NCBI GenBank assembly: GCA_963753495.1
Contig: CAVWCO010000022.1
Span: 214,436 to 278,435, forward strand
Direction: 5' to 3'
DNA from: an uncultured Bacteroidales bacterium
GTDB lineage: Bacteria; Bacteroidota; Bacteroidia; Bacteroidales; VadinHA17
DNA length: 64,000 nucleotides
Shown: one piece after another, positions 38,071 through 47,628 of the stretch
Numbering within the stretch: position 1 is the stretch's first letter
Layout of the letters: each line of letters opens with the position of its first letter
Program-made: the position numbers and the translations under genes
Notes under the pieces: model-generated
Seen by the model: the letters and a program-made list of their open reading frames with translations, nothing else
Told to the model about the DNA's origin: nothing
Database searches by the model: none

Positions 38071-39420
38071 ATGAATATCACAAGGGAAAATGTTGACGAT
38101 CTGAATGCTGTCTTGAAAATACAGGTTGAAAAGGCTGATTATGAAGGGAATGTAGAAAAGGTGCTTAAAGACTACAGGAAGAAAGCAAATATCAAGGGAT
38201 TCCGTCCCGGAATGGTGCCTATCGGGCTGATAAAAAAGATGTATGGCAGAGCAGTTCAGATAGATGAGATCAACAAGGTTGTGACAAATAATATCCAGAA
38301 ATATCTTGCGGATGAAAAGATTGAGATACTTGGAGATCCTCTTCCCAGATCTGATGATCATGAAAAGATAGATTTTGATACCCAGGAATCATTCACATTT
38401 TCTTTCGACCTCGGCCTTTCGCCTTCTATTGATATAAAACTTGGCAAGAAAAACAAAGTAACATTCTATGAGATAGAAGCAGATGAAAAAATGAAAAATG
38501 ACTATCTCGAAAATTATACACGCCGTTATGGTAAATTCGAGAAAGCTGATATTTCGGAAGAAAAAGATATACTGAAAGGTAAGATCGAAGAAATCGATTC
38601 AGAAGGCAATCCTGTACATGAAGGAATATCCGCCGATGACACCACCCTGTCGATAGAAGTCATTAAGGATAAGAAAATCAAAAAACTGTTTACAGGGAGA
38701 TCTGAAAAGGATACAATCGATTTTGACCTCAGAAAGGCTTTTCCGAATGATTTTGAAATTGCCGGACTGCTTAAGAAACAGAAAGAAGAAGTTACTGAAG
38801 TAAAAGGTGATTTCAGATTTACTGTAAATGAGATAAGCCGGTTCAGACATGCGGAAATAAACCAGGAGCTTTTTGACAGGATTTATGGAGAAAGCATAGT
38901 TGCTTCAGAAGAAGAATTCAGGAAAAAACTGGAAGATGAGATCCATACAAATCTAACGAATGAAAGCAACTACAAGCTCGCTATCGACCTTAAGAAGCTT
39001 GCAATGGAAAAAACAGAATTTCAGCTTCCTGAAGACTTTTTAAAGAGGTGGCTCGTTAAAGTAAACGAGAAGACAACTGAGGAACAGGTAGAAAAAGAAT
39101 TCGACAATTTCAGGAATGACCTGAAATGGCAGTTGATAAGGAACAGGATTGCCAGGATGAATGAAATAAAAATAACTGAAGAAGAGCTTCTTAAAGAAGC
39201 CGAGAATATTACCAGATATCAGTTCCAGCAGTATGGATTGTTTTATGCAGATGCAGAACAGGTGACTACCTATGCAAAAGAAACCTTAAAACGCGAAGAG
39301 GACGCTAAAAGGATCGCTGATAAAATACTGGAAGAAAAGGTAACCGGACTTCTGAAGGAAATGGTTAAACTTGATAACAAATCGGTTACTATTGAAGAAT
39401 TCAATAAGCTTTTTGAATAG
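38071..39420 (+). CDS. tig: Trigger factor
   Basis: 449 aa. The GFRPGMVP motif in the N-terminal ribosome-binding domain. Located upstream of clpP-clpX. Confidence 0.9.
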   Translation: MNITRENVDDLNAVLKIQVEKADYEGNVEKVLKDYRKKANIKGFRPGMVPIGLIKKMYGRAVQIDEINKVVTNNIQKYLADEKIEILGDPLPRSDDHEKIDFDTQESFTFSFDLGLSPSIDIKLGKKNKVTFYEIEADEKMKNDYLENYTRRYGKFEKADISEEKDILKGKIEEIDSEGNPVHEGISADDTTLSIEVIKDKKIKKLFTGRSEKDTIDFDLRKAFPNDFEIAGLLKKQKEEVTEVKGDFRFTVNEISRFRHAEINQELFDRIYGESIVASEEEFRKKLEDEIHTNLTNESNYKLAIDLKKLAMEKTEFQLPEDFLKRWLVKVNEKTTEEQVEKEFDNFRNDLKWQLIRNRIARMNEIKITEEELLKEAENITRYQFQQYGLFYADAEQVTTYAKETLKREEDAKRIADKILEEKVTGLLKEMVKLDNKSVTIEEFNKLFE

Positions 39421-39456
39421 TAATCAATGCATTGCAATGATTTGCCATAATTTTTA

Positions 39457-39464
39457 TAACTTTG
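39457..39464 (+). promoter_or_regulatory. Candidate -7 box (TAnnTTTG) for clpP
   Basis: taactttg overlaps the ORF-track TTG start at 39462. This supports ATG 39489 as the real clpP start. Confidence 0.35.
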
Positions 39465-39488
39465 CATTCTAACTTTAAGATTTTAAAT

Positions 39489-40169
39489 ATGAGTAATCTG
39501 GATGATTTCGGAAAATTCGCACGAAGCAAACACGGAATAAGCAGTCTTACCCTGCATAAATACGCTTCAATTACTGCGGACAGTTATATCTCGCCAACAA
39601 TTATTGAAGAACGGCAGCTTAACATTGCCTCAATGGACGTTTTTTCGCGCCTGATGATGGACAGGATCATTTTTCTCGGTTTGCCGATCGATGATTACGT
39701 AGCAAATATCATACAGGCACAGCTTCTTTATCTCGATTCATCCGACCCGGGAAAAGATATTCAGATCTATTTCAATACGCCCGGTGGATCAGTAAATGCA
39801 GGTCTCGGAATCTATGATACGATGCAGTATATTTCAGCTGAAATCGCAACAATCTGTACCGGAATGGCAGCTTCAATGGGTGCTATTCTCCTGACTGCCG
39901 GCAAAAAAGGTAAAAGATCTGCTCTTAAACATTCAAGGATAATGATCCATCAGCCAATGGGAGGATTTGAAGGGCAGGCTTCAGATATCGAGATCCAGGC
40001 ACGGGAGATACTGAAACTCAAAAAGGAGCTTTATGAAATAATTGCCTTCCACTCCGGAAACTCGGTGGAAAAGGTTGAGAAAGATTCCGACAGAGACCAC
40101 TGGATGACATCACAGGAGGCCAAAGATTACGGGATGATCGATGAAATCCTTCAGAAAACTGAACGATAA
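39489..40169 (+). CDS. clpP: ATP-dependent Clp protease proteolytic subunit
   Basis: The ORF-track frame is 39462..40169. The catalytic-triad context is GMAASMGA (Ser), IMIHQP (His) and the Asp region RDHWM. Confidence 0.9.
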   Translation: MSNLDDFGKFARSKHGISSLTLHKYASITADSYISPTIIEERQLNIASMDVFSRLMMDRIIFLGLPIDDYVANIIQAQLLYLDSSDPGKDIQIYFNTPGGSVNAGLGIYDTMQYISAEIATICTGMAASMGAILLTAGKKGKRSALKHSRIMIHQPMGGFEGQASDIEIQAREILKLKKELYEIIAFHSGNSVEKVEKDSDRDHWMTSQEAKDYGMIDEILQKTER

Positions 40170-40174
40170 CAGAA

Positions 40175-41390
40175 ATGGATAAATGTTCTTTTTGCGGCCG
40201 TACAAAAAAGGAGGTCAGCATGCTCATTGCTGGTCTTGAGGGACATATATGTGACCACTGTATTGAGCAGGCTCACAGTATTATGAATGAAGAGCTCGGC
40301 ACAAAAAAGAATTTTTCCTTTGATACAATCAATCTTCTTAAGCCTGCTGAAATAAAGCATTTCCTCGATCAGTACGTCATCGGTCAGGATATGGCGAAAA
40401 AGATCATTTCAGTAGCCGTTTACAATCATTATAAAAGGCTGATGCAAAAGCCCGATTCAGAGGATATTGAGATAGAAAAATCAAATATAATCCTGGTCGG
40501 CGAGACTGGTACGGGAAAAACTCTGCTTGCGAGGACAGTAGCAAAAATGCTTCATGTTCCTTTTACTATCGTTGATGCAACAGTGCTTACCGAAGCAGGT
40601 TATGTCGGGGAAGATATTGAAAGCCTGCTCACAAGGCTCCTTCAGAATGCCGATTACGATGTTAAGGCTGCTGAAAAAGGTATTGTTTTCATAGATGAAC
40701 TGGATAAGATAGCCCGAAAAGGAGACAATCCTTCTATAACACGCGATGTATCGGGAGAAGGTGTACAGCAGGGCCTGTTAAAACTTCTCGAAGGTTCAAT
40801 AGTGAATGTCCCTCCCCAGGGTGGAAGAAAACACCCTGAGCAGAAAATGATCCCGGTTGATACGAAGAATATACTCTTTATCTGCGGAGGTGCATTTGAA
40901 GGAATTGAGAAGAAAATTGCACACAGGCTGAATACCCAGGTTATTGGATACGGTGCATCCAAAAAAAGAGAAAGGATCGATAAAGAAAACCTGCTCCAGT
41001 ATATAGCTCCCCAGGATCTGCAGGGCATACGGACTTATCCCGGAAATCATCGGACGCCTGCCCGTTCTGACTCATCTTAATCCACTCGACAGGGAGGCGC
41101 TGAGAGCTATACTCACCGAACCGAAAAATGCACTCATAAAACAGTACATCAAGCTCTTTAAAATGGATAATATCGACCTTACCTTCGGGGAAGGAGTCCT
41201 CGAATTTATTGTCGATAAAGCCGTCGAATTTAAACTTGGCGCCCGCGGACTCAGATCAATTTGCGAAGCAATTATGCTCGATGCAATGTTTGATTCCCCT
41301 TCCGCCGACACTAAGGAGCTTACAATAACTACCAACTATGCGATGCATAAGCTTGAAAGGATCGATATGAAGGTCCTGAAAGCATCATAA
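40175..41390 (+). pseudogene. clpX: Clp protease ATP-binding subunit ClpX, split by a 1-nt frameshift (as assembled)
   Basis: ORF 40175..41080 has the zinc ribbon CSFCGR...CDHC, Walker A GETGTGKT and Walker B FIDELDK. After about 41025 the conserved sequence [21 protein letters not shown] continues in the +1 frame through ORF 41163..41390. Confidence 0.9.
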
Positions 41391-41394
41391 AAAA

Positions 41395-41421
41395 CCCCCT
41401 TCAGGGAGAAGGGGGCATTTT
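41395..41421. terminator. Hairpin terminator between clpX and the convergent lipoprotein gene
   Basis: cccccttc aggga gaaggggg is an 8-bp perfect stem. It is preceded by an A-run (A6, including the last A of the clpX TAA) and followed by cattttag. Confidence 0.7.
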
Positions 41422-41424
41422 AGT

Positions 41425-42291
41425 CTATTGTATCCAGTTCCTGTGCCTGTGTCTCAGCTGGATCTCTTTCGATTCTCCTCCCCTTGAAACTACAGCCTTG
41501 TTATCGCATTCGCCCGTGCCATAATCCAGTTCAAAAGGTTCTGCATCCTCCCTTTCAATAGTTACCATTCCGCTGACAATAAATGCACAAACCCTTTTCC
41601 AGTACAATGCACTTGTAATAGTCCTCAGATATGAAATCCCGTCACCATTCCTGCCGCTTGCAGAGCCTGTAACAAAGCATTCATCATCCCATCTGTTCGG
41701 GGTCGTGAATCCGGCAATCCATTCCCTCTGATGCTCAGCCTCCCTTTCGAGAGTTTTTCCGTCGGGAAGGCTAAGCTTGCCACCGGTAAGAGTTACCGAG
41801 ATTACGATGTTTCCGATGTCATTCGGACCCAGGTTTTCAAATAGTTTTGTTCCTTCCACTTTAATACCATTGAAATAATAATCTTCAAAAGTGACTGTCC
41901 GTTTTGAACCCTCTTCCTTTCGCGGTCCGGTGACGTTGATAATAACCTTTCCTGACCTGGTATGGTCATAAAAGCCTGTGCATCCGGTTCCATAATCAAT
42001 TGTGATTACCTTCGGCCAGATTCCTGTTGCAGGATGCTCTACCGTAACCGCAGGACATACGTCCTCCATAACCAGTAAGGTTGATTTTGAATCACCATTT
42101 TTCATTGCATCATCAAGCGCAATTGTGGCATCGTCAATACTGTTAAACAAATCTTCAAAAACTGCTTCGCTAACGGCCTCATCGTCTGCAAGGTCGATAC
42201 TGGATTGCTCCAGAAGCGACATATCCTTCTTGCATGAGAGTAACATCATCAGTACAGATGCAGTTATCAATAAAAAAATCTTTGTTTTCAT
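41425..42291 (-). CDS. Hypothetical lipoprotein
   Basis: 288 aa. Signal peptide with lipobox (LLSCKKD). No recognisable catalytic motif. Confidence 0.6.
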   Translation of the reverse strand: MKTKIFLLITASVLMMLLSCKKDMSLLEQSSIDLADDEAVSEAVFEDLFNSIDDATIALDDAMKNGDSKSTLLVMEDVCPAVTVEHPATGIWPKVITIDYGTGCTGFYDHTRSGKVIINVTGPRKEEGSKRTVTFEDYYFNGIKVEGTKLFENLGPNDIGNIVISVTLTGGKLSLPDGKTLEREAEHQREWIAGFTTPNRWDDECFVTGSASGRNGDGISYLRTITSALYWKRVCAFIVSGMVTIEREDAEPFELDYGTGECDNKAVVSRGGESKEIQLRHRHRNWIQ

Positions 42292-42412
42292 AGCTGTTAT
42301 TTTTAATTATTAATTTCGATCAACAGCTATTTAGATGACAGACTTCAAAAAAGGTTTAATTCTAAAAAGAAGAATTTTATGTTTTGTGATCACTAAAATC
42401 ATTTTTACTGTA

Positions 42413-42916
42413 TCATAACCGCATGGCGGGCCTTTTCCTTTCATAAATCACATAAGAATATGGTATTCTGTAATTATCTTCCGAAACGAATTCCTCCCTT
42501 TCGATAATTCTCCATTTTCTAAGGTCAATTTTCGGGAACCATACATCGGCCGGTGCTTTTCTGTGGACGTGGGTTATATATAATCTGTCGGCAATATTCA
42601 TGAACTGGCGATAGATACTTCCACCACCGATTACAAATGCCTCTTCATTCTTATCACATTTGTTAATGGCATCTTCGATTGAATAGGCTGTTACAGAGCA
42701 ATCGATACATTCAGAAGGGATATCAGTAATCACAATATTCTTACGCCCGGGAAGGGGTTTTCTCGGCAAAGATTCCCATGTTTTCTTCCCCATTATTATG
42801 CATTTCCCCATAGTCAGTCTCTTGAACCTTTTAAGATCCTCTGGGATATGCCAGAGAAGATCATTGTCCCGGCCTATACCCCAGTCGTCGGAAACTGCAA
42901 CAATTATTGATATCAT
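42413..42916 (-). CDS. folA: Dihydrofolate reductase
   Basis: 167 aa. IVAVSDDWGIGRDNDLLW and GKKTWESLP motifs. Confidence 0.9.
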   Translation of the reverse strand: MISIIVAVSDDWGIGRDNDLLWHIPEDLKRFKRLTMGKCIIMGKKTWESLPRKPLPGRKNIVITDIPSECIDCSVTAYSIEDAINKCDKNEEAFVIGGGSIYRQFMNIADRLYITHVHRKAPADVWFPKIDLRKWRIIEREEFVSEDNYRIPYSYVIYERKRPAMRL

Positions 42917-42926
42917 AATTCAAAGT

Positions 42927-43721
42927 TTAAACTGAAATGTCACCTTTAATATGAGGATGCGCAGAATAGTCCGATAGTGTAAAATCTTCATACCTGAATT
43001 TCGTGATGTCTGTTACGTCAGGGTTTATGGTCATCTTAGGGAGCATCAGGGGCTCTCTTGTCAACTGTAACTTCACCTGCTCGATATGATTCAGGTAGAT
43101 ATGTGCATCACCAAGGGTATGAACGAATTCTCCGGGCTTAAGAGCTGTTGCCTGTGCAACCATCAAAGTGAGCAGGGCATAGGATGCAATATTAAAAGGT
43201 ACTCCCAGGAAGATGTCACAGCTTCGCTGGTAAAGCTGACACGATAATTTCCCTTCTGCAACGTAAAACTGGAAAAGAATATGACACGGAGGAAGCGCCA
43301 TCTTTTCTATCTCTCCTGCATTCCATGCACATACTATATGGCGCCTTGAGTCAGGCGACATCTTTATTGACCTGATCACATTGGAAAGCTGGTCGATTTT
43401 TCTCCCGTCGGCTGCTGGCCACGAACGCCACTGGTAGCCGTAAACCGGGCCAAGATTTCCATCTTTATCCGCCCACTCATCCCATATTTTTACTCCATTG
43501 TCTTTCAGATACTTAATATTTGTATCTCCTGAAATAAACCATAAAAGCTCATGCAAAATTGATTTAAGATGAAGCTTCTTGGTGGTCATCAGCGGGAAAC
43601 CCTCTTCGAGGTTGAATCGCATCTGATAGCCAAACACACTGATTGTGCCGGTTCCCGTTCTGTCGGACTTTCTGGTCCCGTTTTTCAGAACATGGTCCAG
43701 TAGTTCAAGATATTGTCTCAT
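42927..43721 (-). CDS. thyA: Thymidylate synthase
   Basis: 264 aa. DRTGTGT and LPPCH active-site Cys motifs. Confidence 0.95.
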   Translation of the reverse strand: MRQYLELLDHVLKNGTRKSDRTGTGTISVFGYQMRFNLEEGFPLMTTKKLHLKSILHELLWFISGDTNIKYLKDNGVKIWDEWADKDGNLGPVYGYQWRSWPAADGRKIDQLSNVIRSIKMSPDSRRHIVCAWNAGEIEKMALPPCHILFQFYVAEGKLSCQLYQRSCDIFLGVPFNIASYALLTLMVAQATALKPGEFVHTLGDAHIYLNHIEQVKLQLTREPLMLPKMTINPDVTDITKFRYEDFTLSDYSAHPHIKGDISV

Positions 43722-43730
43722 TAATTTATC

Positions 43731-43812
43731 AATTTGATATCACTATGATACATCACTATGATATCATTTTGATATCATTTTAATATCGTTTTGATATCTT
43801 TTTGATATCATC
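43731..43812. repeat. Seven ~11-bp-phased copies of a T-tract plus palindromic GATATC core, filling the GH97-thyA gap
   Basis: GATATC starts at 43736, 43760, 43771, 43793 and 43804. The variants are GATACA at 43747 and AATATC at 43782. Spacings are 11, 13, 11, 11, 11, 11 bp. Confidence 0.85.
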
Positions 43813-45754
43813 CTGGTGTTATTCTGGCAACCCAGCCTCCGCCGGGGGCCATTTCAATATTTATCTTTTCTCCCGATCTGACATTTGTCTTCAGATGCTT
43901 ATAATCCTGTGCATGCTTATCGGCGTTTATCCCGTCCCTGAATATTTCCATGCTGTATTCCCCTGCAGGAAGAAATGAAAGATCCAGTTCAAGCTTCCGG
44001 CCGTTCCAGTCTGTCATACCTCCAACGAACCAGTCGCTCCCCGATCGCCGGGCAAGAAGCAGATAGTCACCTGTTTTGGCATCAAGGACTTTAAGATCAT
44101 CCCACACAACCGGTATACTGACAATAAAATCAGTGCACTCCTGTTCCTTCATATAATTTGAAGGAGAATCGGCAAGCATCTGAAGGGGACTCTCGTAGAT
44201 CACATACATCGACATCTGATGGACCCGTGTTCCCTGGCTGGCAGGACGTGTAAACTGAGGATTAAAATTGGCTTTATCCATATTTACCATAGCGCCTGGA
44301 GTAAAATCCATAGGGCCTGCAACCATCCTTGTGAAAGGCAGTGTAACATCATGTTCGGGAGTTATATTCCGCTCCCATTTATCGTTTTCCATCCCTCTCA
44401 CACCCTCTCTTGTAAGGGCATTCGGAAAGGTGCGCTGAAGGCCGTCAGGTTTATAGGATCCATGAAAATCTATAAGAAGATGGTGGTCAGCAGTTTTTCG
44501 GGCGGCTTCATAATAGAAATTGACTATTTTCTGGTCATCCCTTTGCATAAAATCGACTTTCACTCCTTTAACACCCCATTTTTCATAAAGTGAAACAGCT
44601 TCATCAATCTTATCCCAGAAAGTCTTCCAGACAACCCATAGGATTACTCCGACATTTTTACTTTCACCATATTTGCAAAGCTCCGGCACATTGATTTCAG
44701 GGATAGATTCAAGTACCGTTCCTGATTTGTACCACCCCTCATCAAGAATTATATACTCAATACCGTTCCTGGATGCAAAATCTATATAGTATTTATAAGT
44801 TTCATCATTAATGCCCGACCTGAAATCAACCCCGTAAATATTATTCGCATTCCACCAGTCCCATGCTACCTGGCCCGGTTTTATCCATTTCGTATCCGCC
44901 ACTCTGCTGGGTGAACCAAGCCTGAACACCATATCGCTTTCAACAAGCTGTCCGTCATTGGCGGTTATTACAAATGCTCTCCACGGGAAAGTCCGTGTGC
45001 CCTTTGTTTTAGCAACATAATCCTTTGTCGCAGTAACATACATATCACGGTCCCTGGTAAGTTTTTCAGTCTCAGGATATCCGGGCTGGACGCCTGTAAT
45101 TTTTCCCGAACCGGCTCCCCTGATCCACATTCCGGGATAATCTTCAATGCCGGCTTCGGTAAAGAGAACATTTACCCCGTTAGCTTTAAAAAGTGTTGGA
45201 AGGCTTGCAAGATGCTTGCTGCCAATTGTATCAAGCGATGAATAGATGAAAATCCTTTCATTATGCGACATGAAACTCTCTTCGAGAGGATACCAGGCAT
45301 TTGAACCTGCCGGGAACTGAAGGTCAGCGATTTCGTTTTGTACGGTAATGTCATCCTTAAAAGAGGTTTCAAATCTGTAGGCAACTCCGTCATTGTAAGC
45401 CCTGAACTGTACTGCCACTCCTGACCTGAAGGCAATAAGAAGAGTATTGCAGTTGTCTTCAATTTTTGATCTTTTATAAGCGACAACCGTTTCGAGCACC
45501 TGATTTATCTTTCCGGGTGTCGCCTTCCTGACTTTTTCACCTGATACCGGAATTATACCGTCAACAAGTACCATTCCGGCTTTGGCGGATGAGATTACCT
45601 CTTTCCCATCGTAAGTTACGGACCAATTCAGATCGGTTGCGGGGCTTACTGTTACCGTAATTTTTCCATCGGGGGAGCTGACCTTATAATCTTTTGCATA
45701 TGAATAACTTACCGTCATTATAAGCAAAATAACGAGCAATGACTTATGTTTCAT
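43808..45754 (-). CDS. Glycoside hydrolase family 97 (SusB-like alpha-glucosidase)
   Basis: 648 aa. Signal peptide. GIEYIILDEGW and VKVDFMQRDDQ regions typical of GH97. Confidence 0.8.
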   Translation of the reverse strand: MKHKSLLVILLIMTVSYSYAKDYKVSSPDGKITVTVSPATDLNWSVTYDGKEVISSAKAGMVLVDGIIPVSGEKVRKATPGKINQVLETVVAYKRSKIEDNCNTLLIAFRSGVAVQFRAYNDGVAYRFETSFKDDITVQNEIADLQFPAGSNAWYPLEESFMSHNERIFIYSSLDTIGSKHLASLPTLFKANGVNVLFTEAGIEDYPGMWIRGAGSGKITGVQPGYPETEKLTRDRDMYVTATKDYVAKTKGTRTFPWRAFVITANDGQLVESDMVFRLGSPSRVADTKWIKPGQVAWDWWNANNIYGVDFRSGINDETYKYYIDFASRNGIEYIILDEGWYKSGTVLESIPEINVPELCKYGESKNVGVILWVVWKTFWDKIDEAVSLYEKWGVKGVKVDFMQRDDQKIVNFYYEAARKTADHHLLIDFHGSYKPDGLQRTFPNALTREGVRGMENDKWERNITPEHDVTLPFTRMVAGPMDFTPGAMVNMDKANFNPQFTRPASQGTRVHQMSMYVIYESPLQMLADSPSNYMKEQECTDFIVSIPVVWDDLKVLDAKTGDYLLLARRSGSDWFVGGMTDWNGRKLELDLSFLPAGEYSMEIFRDGINADKHAQDYKHLKTNVRSGEKINIEMAPGGGWVARITPG

Positions 45755-45809
45755 CTTAATGTATTGATTATTCGTTTTTCCGTAAAGAGCAGACTGATAC
45801 AGTCCGGAA

Positions 45810-46406
45810 TCACTCTTTTATTTTTTTCCTTTTATCTATTTCATCCCTGATTGAAGCTGCACGCTCATAATCTTCTGTTTTAACTGCTTCATCGATCATT
45901 TTATAAAGCTCTTCATCCGAATAGTTTTCAAATTTCGAATTCCCGGTTTCAAAAAGCTTGTCAGAGTCTGGGTCTGAGGAATTATCAGCCTCGGCAGGGG
46001 TGACTGTGATACCTGCTTTTTCCAAAATCTCTTCAGTGATATATATAGGGCATCCGAATCTCAGGGCGAGGGCCACTGCATCTGATGTACGGCTGTCGAT
46101 CGATATTTCCTTTTCACCATTGTTACAAAGAAGCCTGGAATAAAATACACCTTCCTCCAGCTTATAAATCATCACTTCAATTATTGAAACATTGAATTCA
46201 GCTGCAAAGCTCCGGAACAGATCATGAGTCAAAGGTCTTGGCGGGTCAAGGTTCTCAAGTTTAATTACAATTGCCTGAGCTTCAAAGCCTCCAATAATTA
46301 TAGGAACCCTTCTTTCTCCATTCTCTTCCACCAGTATAAGGGCATATGCTCCCGATTGAGTCTGACTGTAAGAAATCCCTAAAACTTTTAGCTTTACTCT
46401 CTTCAT
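45810..46406 (-). CDS. Bifunctional nuclease (BFN/DUF151) family protein with a C-terminal UVR motif
   Basis: 198 aa. VPIIIGGFEAQAI and RPLTHDL BFN motifs. The C-terminal EDYERAASIRDEI resembles the UvrB/C motif. Confidence 0.7.
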   Translation of the reverse strand: MKRVKLKVLGISYSQTQSGAYALILVEENGERRVPIIIGGFEAQAIVIKLENLDPPRPLTHDLFRSFAAEFNVSIIEVMIYKLEEGVFYSRLLCNNGEKEISIDSRTSDAVALALRFGCPIYITEEILEKAGITVTPAEADNSSDPDSDKLFETGNSKFENYSDEELYKMIDEAVKTEDYERAASIRDEIDKRKKIKE

Positions 46407-46455
46407 ATCAATTAATTAAGAACCAGAAGAATATATGCTCCCGTGTTGTGTTAGA

Positions 46456-46463
46456 CAAATATA
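46456..46463 (-). promoter_or_regulatory. Candidate -7 box (TAnnTTTG on the minus strand) for the BFN gene
   Basis: Plus-strand caaatata equals minus-strand tatatttg, 50 nt upstream of the ATG at 46406. Confidence 0.25.
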
Positions 46464-46552
46464 GAGATTATACCTGTAAGACAAAGACCTGCCTCAATTC
46501 TTTTTTTCAACTTTTCAACACATCAAAAAGTTACAAAAAATCATCCTGAGGA

Positions 46553-46582
46553 TTTGTAAATAAATGAATTTGTATATCTTTG
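46553..46582 (+). promoter_or_regulatory. Candidate Bacteroidota sigma-A promoter for rplU-rpmA (-33 TTTG and -7 TAnnTTTG)
   Basis: TTTG at 46553..46556 and tatctttg at 46575..46582, with an 18-nt spacer. It lies about 95 nt upstream of the MYVIVEIAG start. Confidence 0.4.
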
Positions 46583-46675
46583 CAGTCCGAATTTGATTAA
46601 ATCCACAGAGGCATAGAAAGTTATATGGCAAATGATCATATACGCCTTATGGAGAAACTTAATAAAGAAACAGAA

Positions 46676-47218
46676 ATGTACGTTATTGTTGAAATTGCTG
46701 GTCAGCAATTTAAAGTAGAAGAAGGAAAAAAGATTTTCGTTCATCGTCTTGAAGCCGAAGTGGACACAATTCTTGAATTCGAAAAGGTGCTTCTGGTCGG
46801 GGATAATGATAAGGTCCTGATAGGAGAACCCACAGTTGATAATTTTATAGTGGAGGGAAAGGTACTGGATCATGTCAGGGGAGATAAAGTTATTGTGTTT
46901 AAGAAAAAAAGGAAAAAAGGTTACAGGGTAAAAAATGGTCACCGTCAGAATTTCTCGCAAATTGAGATTATTGGCATCGGCGAAAAGGGAACCATAGTTA
47001 GGAAAGAGACTCCCAAAAAGGAAAAAGTTAAAAAAGTAACTGCACCTGAGGATTCCGGAGAACCTGTTGCAGAGAAGAAGCTACCTGAGAAGAAATCTGT
47101 TGCTAAAAAGCAGGTTGCTGAAAAAGAAAAGGGTGCTGCTAAAGAAAAAAAACCGGTAATTAAGAAAGAAGCTGAAAAAAAGCCGGCAGCAAAGAAAGCT
47201 TCGAAGAAAAAGGAATAA
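46676..47218 (+). CDS. rplU: Ribosomal protein L21 with a Lys/Glu-rich C-terminal extension of about 79 aa
   Basis: The ORF-track frame is 46625..47218. The canonical L21 start MYVIVEIAGQQFKV is at 46676. The core is about 101 aa, followed by a KEKVKK...AAKKASKKKE tail. Confidence 0.85.
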   Translation: MYVIVEIAGQQFKVEEGKKIFVHRLEAEVDTILEFEKVLLVGDNDKVLIGEPTVDNFIVEGKVLDHVRGDKVIVFKKKRKKGYRVKNGHRQNFSQIEIIGIGEKGTIVRKETPKKEKVKKVTAPEDSGEPVAEKKLPEKKSVAKKQVAEKEKGAAKEKKPVIKKEAEKKPAAKKASKKKE

Positions 47219-47247
47219 AATAATATAAAAGACTAAAATATAAGACT

Positions 47248-47508
47248 ATGGCACACAAGAAAGGAGCAGGAAGTTCACGTAATGGCCGCGATTCTGAAAG
47301 TAAACGGCTGGGCGTGAAACTCTTCGGCGGCCAGGCAGCTAAAGCAGGCAATATAATTGTCCGTCAGAGGGGAACAAAGCATAATCCGGGTCTTAATGTA
47401 GGCGTTGGAAAAGACCATACCCTGTTTGCACTTACCGACGGAGAAGTGGAATTCAGAAGAAAAAAAGACAATAAGGTTTTCGTATCGGTAAAACCGGTTA
47501 CTGAATAA
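47248..47508 (+). CDS. rpmA: Ribosomal protein L27
   Basis: 86 aa. [16 protein letters not shown]. Confidence 0.95.
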   Translation: MAHKKGAGSSRNGRDSESKRLGVKLFGGQAAKAGNIIVRQRGTKHNPGLNVGVGKDHTLFALTDGEVEFRRKKDNKVFVSVKPVTE

Positions 47509-47528
47509 TCGCATTCGTACAGAACAGT

Positions 47529-47575
47529 AACTCCCGAAATTCTTTCTCAAAGAGGAAAGCATTACCGGGAGTTTT
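47529..47575 (+). terminator. Possible terminator hairpin after rpmA
   Basis: aactcccg (47529..47536) pairs with cgggagtt (47566..47573). There is an inner imperfect stem ctttctc / gaggaaag. The hairpin is followed by tttt. Confidence 0.4.
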
Positions 47576-47577
47576 CA

Positions 47578-47585
47578 TATTTTTG
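47578..47585 (+). promoter_or_regulatory. Candidate -7 box (TAnnTTTG) for serS
   Basis: tatttttg lies 44 nt upstream of ATG 47629. Confidence 0.25.
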
Positions 47586-47628
47586 CAGCGGGCTTTAAGG
47601 CCTGCTTTTTTATTAATAGTTACTGAAG

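Noticed and set aside
37789-38361. 190-aa minus-strand ORF.
   Set aside because: It overlaps the tRNA-Leu gene and the trigger-factor start on the opposite strand. The sequence is low-complexity and I recognise no motif, so it is spurious.
46541-46960. 139-aa minus-strand ORF.
   Set aside because: It is antisense to rplU and its promoter region. Its AT-rich codon composition is typical of shadow ORFs.
47585-47611. gcagcgggctttaaggcctgc followed by T6 just before serS, considered as an attenuator or T-box-like leader.
   Set aside because: The stem is only about 5 bp with a bulge. There is no specifier or T-box sequence. It is probably a second weak terminator for rplU-rpmA, or nothing.
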